Source: Haplodiscus bocki (Eukaryota). Taken from it: a DNA stretch of 64,000 nt. The notes under the pieces are model-generated. The model searched no databases, was not told the origin of the DNA, and worked only from the letters and a program-made list of their open reading frames with translations. The stretch covers positions 47,182,001 through 47,246,000 of the forward strand of contig OZ296650.1 of assembly GCA_965655095.1 (NCBI GenBank), given 5' to 3'. The translations under genes and the position numbers were made by a program. Of this stretch, positions 58,040 through 64,000 are shown one piece after another (the first letter of the stretch is position 1; every line of letters starts with the position of its first letter).

Positions 58040-61000
58040 ATGCAACGTAATATTTGTTCCAAAAAAATTGAAAATCGACAAAACCTAAACTGAAATCGCA
58101 AGAAAAATCAAAATTTTAACAGGAATTTTTCTGCAGTTCTTGTGATCTCAACTGTAAAACACTATTGGCAATGCAAGTGCACTTATCATCCTAACACAAT
58201 GGGAAACCGTCGCGGAACTGGGTTTACTGCCAGAAAAAATTTACGACGGATTCAGAAAACATCTAAGGGAACAGCACAGACTTACCATGCGTAAACAGAC
58301 AGACAAAAAAGACGACCGAACTTTCAGTTCAGCTTTCAACAACACATTGAAAAAAATTGAAAAGTGAGGCGGAAGATAATCACGACTTGCTAGAATTTTT
58401 GTTCGAGAAAGAAATTCTAATTAAAGAAACTTTGATGGAAACGTGGCAACAGAAACCAGTGGAAGTACAACTCTCAGTGAAACCAATTGAAGAAGACACC
58501 GACAAAATAGAAGTTATTTGAAAGCGGATATGACTCGTTTTCGCTCAAGCTCTGGCAAAAGAAACATTTTTCGAGATCATAGACAAATTGCTTTCAACGT
58601 TATTTTCGTTCACATCGCAAGGGAGTGGGTGGATAGTGGACAAAATGAAAACTGTGCAATTCAAAATGGCTCACTTTGCACTGGTGAGCGGATCGTCCTA
58701 CTTAGCTTTACGATCGGAATTGCAGGGAGTACAGAGCCTTTTGAATATTCGTAACCATCTTGACAACAAATGCTTCCTTTACTGCTTTACAGCGGCATAC
58801 TATTTATTTTCACGGTCCACCGCTAAAAGCTGATACTTTGCGAACAGTTACAAGCCGGCCACTCTACAGCAGTAGCAACCCTTCAGCTCATCGAGCAATA
58901 GCCGACTTTGACGTGCCCATGGGATTTAGAGACATGGCAAACTTTCAGATTCTCAACGTACAAGTAAATGTTTTCAAATGAGAACAAACCGCTGTTCCCG
59001 TTGCGTTTATCGAAAAATTACTTTGAGTTCCCGCTGGACCTTCTTCTATTATAAGACGACCAAATTTATCATTATGTTTTCATTACAAATATATTGAGCC
59101 TAGTCAACCACGTTAGACAGAGACGACCACGAAGTGATGACAAGCTGTGTCGTAACTGTTTTCAAAATTGCTCACAGGAAAGTTAAATCCATCATCATAC
59201 CAATTGTGTAAAATTCGAGGCAGCAACAACCAAAATGCCCGTATCAAATGCTGACAAAGTTGAATTCAGAAACTTCAATGCACGAGCATATGTTCCAGTT
59301 ATAAATTTGGAATCCCTCATCATCCCCATAAAAAGTTGTGATGATAATCCCTCAAGTAGCTGGATTCGCACTTTGGAAAATAATACAATTAGCAGTTTTT
59401 GTCTGGTGATAATTGAAAGCGGCTCAATGCAACGGGTACATGTTTCTATAGATCGAACACCAACGTGCATGCAAAAATTGGCAATACAGCTTCAGGCAAT
59501 TGCAAAAGAAATTTACCAGAGAAAGCAAACCCATCGCATCTACAAAGGTAGACCGGATTATTCAAGTGATCAAGTTAACGACTGTTGGATTTGTGAGAAT
59601 CCAATTCACGATGAGTTGAAGGTTCTACATCACTGCCATTTCCCCGGAAAATTTCTAGGTTACGCACCCAAACAATGCAACCTTAGACGAAGCATAAATT
59701 ATATCCCGGTCATAGCACATACCTCCTCCAACTACGACATACATCATTAATGTAAGAACTTACATGAATTCGAGTCAGGATGCAATATTGAACTTGTACC
59801 TGCTACCAACAAAAAATATATTACGGTAAGAACTGGTGTAAAAGTCAATTCTTACACAGACAAAAGAGGTGTCGCCCAAAACGTTTACTAGCACTTGAGG
59901 TTTATTGATTCTCACCGATTTTTACGCCCACCGCTGGAAAAGCTGGTTAATTACCTGCCGACAAACTTTTCAAATACTGGACAACTACTTTGAAAATATC
60001 AGCCTTCAGAAAGAGAGCTTTTATATCAGAAAGGAATTATCCCTAGTTATTTCGATTCCTTTAAGAAGTTCCAAGAAAATCAACTTCCCCCTATAAACTA
60101 CTGGACCAACAGGCTCAAGGGCAACGAAACTTTCTTGAATGAAACAGAATACGGACATGCCGAAAAAGTTGTCTTCTTTTGGTTGTCAAACAGTGGGCGA
60201 CTATCACAACCTGTACTTGAAAACGGACACATTGCTGCTTGCCTGTGAAGTGGATGAATTGAGAAAGCTGTGTTATGACACATATGGCCTTGATAGAGCA
60301 CATTATTTCACTAGTTCTCACCTGTCAGGTGATGCTTTCGTCGAAATTTTGTCGAGCCGACCTACACCTACTGACAGACCGTGAAAGCCTTGAAATGACA
60401 AAAAAATGATCCGAAGGGGTGAAGCTTCAATCTTCTCGATACGATTTTTCAGAGCGAACGACAAGTACAAGAACAGCTGCAACCCTGATGATGAATCGAC
60501 TTTTTGGACTACTTCTCGACGCTAACAATTTATATGGTGGGGTTATGGAAAAACTACCTCTTCCTCTCAAAGACTCCCAGAAAGTTGAGATCCCCCTCCA
60601 AGATATTCTCAATACGGATATCGATTCAAATATTGGATATATTCTTGAGGTTGAAAGAGAGTACCCCGACAATTTTCATGATCAACAAAAAAATTTTCCT
60701 CTGGCGCCCAGAAAAGAAAATACTGAAGAAAAGTTCCGAAACGAGTTTCAATTGAACCTACTTGAAAAAATCGGATTTAAAAAAATGAATCACCAAAAGC
60801 TGATGCAGACACCAAACAACAAAAGTAACCAAACTGTCCACTATCTCAATTTGAACATCTATATGGAGCTGGGCTTAATAGTAAAGAAAGTTCACAGAGT
60901 TCTGCAGTCAATCAGTTTGGTTATGCCCAAACATTTTGCTCAACACAGAGAATAGACAGCGATCGGTTAAAAAGTTCCAGCGTTTCTCAAGCTGATGAAC

Positions 61001-61790
61001 AACAGCTGCTATGGGAAGACTCTCGAGACTAGGAGAAACAGAGTTGAAGTACAACTAATACGATGAATCGACGAAGCCCAACGCGTCACTGACAAGTCTT
61101 TGATGCAATAATCCAAAGTCTTCGACGGAATTTTAGCAGCTGTGACATTCGAACAAACGAAAATTTACAGGAACAAACCCATCATTGTCGGAGAAGGTGT
61201 TCTCGAACTTGCGAAATTTCAAATATTCTCATTCCACTAAATTTATGGAAAATGCGTTTGATTGTCAACCAATTTAGTCAGACACGGACTCGCTTCTCTA
61301 GGAAACAGATCACGCTGAGCTTCACAAAGAAGTAGCGGAAATTGCAAAGTTCAGAAAGTACGTCGACTTTTCAAAGAACCCACAAAATGACCCCTTCTAT
61401 CATAATTGAAAAAAATGGTTACTTCTTTTCAAGGACAAGTTGGCGGGTAAAATTTTCGAAAAATTTGTCGGACTCAAACCGAAAATGGTTTCCAAAAAAT
61501 ATGGTAATAATCAAAAGCTCTCCCCTAAGGCGTTTCTTGCTTCGCAGTGACAAATCCTAATGACGATGTTTACAAAACAGTTTTATCAATGACCAACAGC
61601 ATTAGAACCAGGAACGGATCGGATCTATACCTCATCAATTGGAAACTATTTCAAGCAGCAAAATATCTGCACGGTTTCGATGATAAACGCTAATTTTAGA
61701 GAGCGGCATCGAATCTCTACCATTTGGCCATTATTTGGTCAGAGGCATAGTCATTTTCCGTGAAATATTAGCAGATCCTGACTGGGGTGA
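58040..61790 (+). pseudogene. Protein-primed DNA polymerase B with an inserted endonuclease VII/HNH-like domain
   Basis: GSGW...SGSSY...NIRN.DNKCF.YC; CWIC...HHCHFPGKFLGYA...CNL; NYD; FIDS; YLKTDTLLL; motif A DANNLYG (~60517), motif B KLMNNSCYGK (~60990), motif C SDTDS (~61280). The acidic ORF 61787..62125 may be its tail. Confidence 0.95.
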
Positions 61791-62779
61791 AGATATTGCT
61801 GCAAGTCCAGACTGGGAAACTTTTGAGCGATTATGGCCCGAGTCGACTCGCTAGGAGATCTAACAGAACCCTTCCAGTCCCAAACACTCCACCTCGAGGT
61901 CGAGACGTTCATAACGATACATTTAGTGAAATCTTCAATGACACTTGGACACCACCAGAGCCTGGTTTCCTTCAAGAAAACCATAATGAATCTGACTTAG
62001 ATGACGATTGGTTGGTTGATCTTGCGACTGACATGAGAAAACACACTACCGACTTCTATGCAACCTATGGACAAGAAATCTTTATGTCATTCATAAACCC
62101 CAACATTGATGATGAAGCAGTTTAGGAAGTTACAAGTGAGCCTGAAGAAGTACGGAAACGAAAAAGACGTCAAGTTGTAATCCTGAGTTCTGGTGAAGAA
62201 TCTTAGTATTGTCATGTTGAAGTCCCTTGAAACTTTAAGCATTTAACAAGTATTTTTTGTCATGATTTGCTTCGATTAGGTCCTTGCCTCGCCTCAATAT
62301 TTGAAGCCAAAACATTTTTTCAACTGTCAAACCAGACAGAAGTCAGTGGGGTGGACGCTTTTTCAAAAATGGAGGTGCAGTTCAATTAGTTATTTATATC
62401 GTGGAACAAGCTCACGATTACCAAGTAAAGATACTGCGATACTAGGTTAGTAGTGTCCTCCAAAAGAAGAGAATGAAAGACCGCACACGCTTCAGCAGAC
62501 ACGCTAAACAGTTCGTAAGGGAAGTTGCTTGATGAAGAGATTTGTTGACAACTTACGAATTAAACTTTCTCAATAAATGTTTACACAAAATAATTCAAGC
62601 ACTCAAGAAACTAAAATTGGAGAAAGTTTTGGTTTCACAACAGCAGTAGCTACCATTGGTCGGACTGTAGCGAATAACGAGAAGAGGACAGGAATTGAAA
62701 GTTCGAAGATTTTTCATGCAAAAAAACACAATGCAATGTGAAAAATCATGGCAGCCCACTTGTGTGACTCAAAATAAAA

Positions 62780-63450
62780 TACCTTCTGAAACCCCTTCAA
62801 GGCTGAATCCAGCGGTACCAGCCACCGTCCTGGGGGATCGTGGTTGAAGAGATATATTTTGACGAAGACAAAGAAATGTTTTGAGGAAATGAAAAGGTTT
62901 TGCAAAAAAATTGGTGCAAAAGACAGGGAAAACAACTTTTATCGTTCGGAAAACCTTTTCACGTTTCGAATTGAACCAACCCCCACCCACGGGGATCTTG
63001 GTTAGTGATAAATTTTGAAAGCAAAAACAAAATGAATAGGAAAATAATTTCCCCTGCAAAAATTCAGTCAAAAAAATGTGCAGAGCAACTTATTACGCTG
63101 CGGAAAACCACTCCGAGAAAGCCCAGTTACTGGTGCTTGAAATCCTACCTTCCCCCCAGCCTGTGGGGTACCTAGTTGACGCGGAAACGATCGAAAAACA
63201 ACGAAAAAAATTCGTGAAAAGAAAAAAATAGCAAGAAAACAGTCAGAAAACCACAGGCAAGCATTTTCAGCGCTCGACAATGGTACCGTCTGAAAGCCCA
63301 GCCAAATGTGTTTCGAATGGTACCAGCTACCAGCCTGGGGGATCCTAGTTGAGTAGAAATTCAATTGACAACCTGAAAAACGTTTTTTTTCGGATATTCT
63401 GATGAAAAATCCGTAAACACCTCCATACACGTTTTCCTTCATCCAGAAAG
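62780..63450. repeat. Decayed tandem array, ~170-bp period, at least 4 copies
   Basis: CC..GGGGATC.T.GTT.A at ~62832, 62991, 63165 and 63337. Confidence 0.7.
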
Positions 63451-64000
63451 TAATTAGAGGCTGTGAAAAGATCAGTTTCCGGTGGGGCTCGAAACCGTGA
63501 ATTTCGACCTCCCAACCCCCTAAAAGGTCCTTTTTGGCACATTTTAACCCAGGATCGTCGCTGTAGGGCTGAATTATGGACATACCCGGGAAAATTTTCT
63601 TTTCAAAACCCCTTAGTTTTTTATCCCAGGGGGCGTCGAACCAACGGCTGTTCAGGTGCGGTGTTCCCGTCTGCCTGCAAACTCAACTGCACACTGTTCC
63701 CTGAAGCGTTAACCACTACACTACCGGGCCATTGATATGTCTAAGTTTAATTGCTATATAAACATATACTCCGCCCCAATTTTTATTTACATAAATACTG
63801 CGCTGGTCAACTTACTTCATGGGCGATAAAATTTAGGATTAGACCCGTTGTGCAACCCACATTTGCAAATGACAACCATGATGAATTTGGTTCAAAATCA
63901 CAACCATCCAGCAGGAAACGGAATGCGCCAGACAGCAAGAAGTCACTCGAATTTTGAGCTCAAAGATCTCGCGGAGTGTTGAGTTTTGAAGTTTTACTGT

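Larger units (their letters stand above)
47900..62300 (+). mobile_element. Degenerate Polinton/Maverick (adintovirus-like endogenous dsDNA virus)
   Basis: Full core gene set in cis (ATPase, INT, minor capsid, core protein, major capsid, protease, pPolB). TIRs and TSD were not identified; boundaries approximate. Confidence 0.93.

Overview
Repeat-dense eukaryotic (invertebrate animal-type) nuclear DNA, made almost entirely of nested mobile elements. From left to right: (1) a very large, decayed Ty3/Gypsy LTR retrotransposon on the minus strand (<1-12599). Its pol carries a TARG1/OARD1-like macrodomain between protease and RT, and is followed by three unknown accessory genes and a chuvirus-glycoprotein-like env. 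(2) A decayed Polinton-type protein-primed DNA polymerase gene (12.8-16.0 kb). (3) A decayed Penelope-like element (20.1-21.7 kb, minus). (4) An apparently intact CR1-group LINE (21.7-26.3 kb) with three ORFs: an SGNH-like ORF0, a PHD/RRM ORF1, and an APE-RT ORF2 in frame with ORF1 across a single UGA-CUA stop. (5) The first coding exon of a host MTCH (mitochondrial carrier homolog) gene (27.1-27.4 kb, minus). (6) A non-coding stretch with hairpin-terminated non-autonomous elements, several decayed ~170-bp-period arrays, a 1.75-kb near-identical duplication, a 200-N gap and an (AT)n tract. (7) A gene-complete but pseudogenised Polinton/Maverick endogenous virus (~48-62 kb: exonuclease-like gene, ATPase, integrase, minor and major capsid, core protein, protease, PC4-like gene, pPolB) containing a nearly perfect 220-bp palindrome. 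All protein assignments come from motif recognition by eye, with no database search, and boundaries of decayed elements are approximate.
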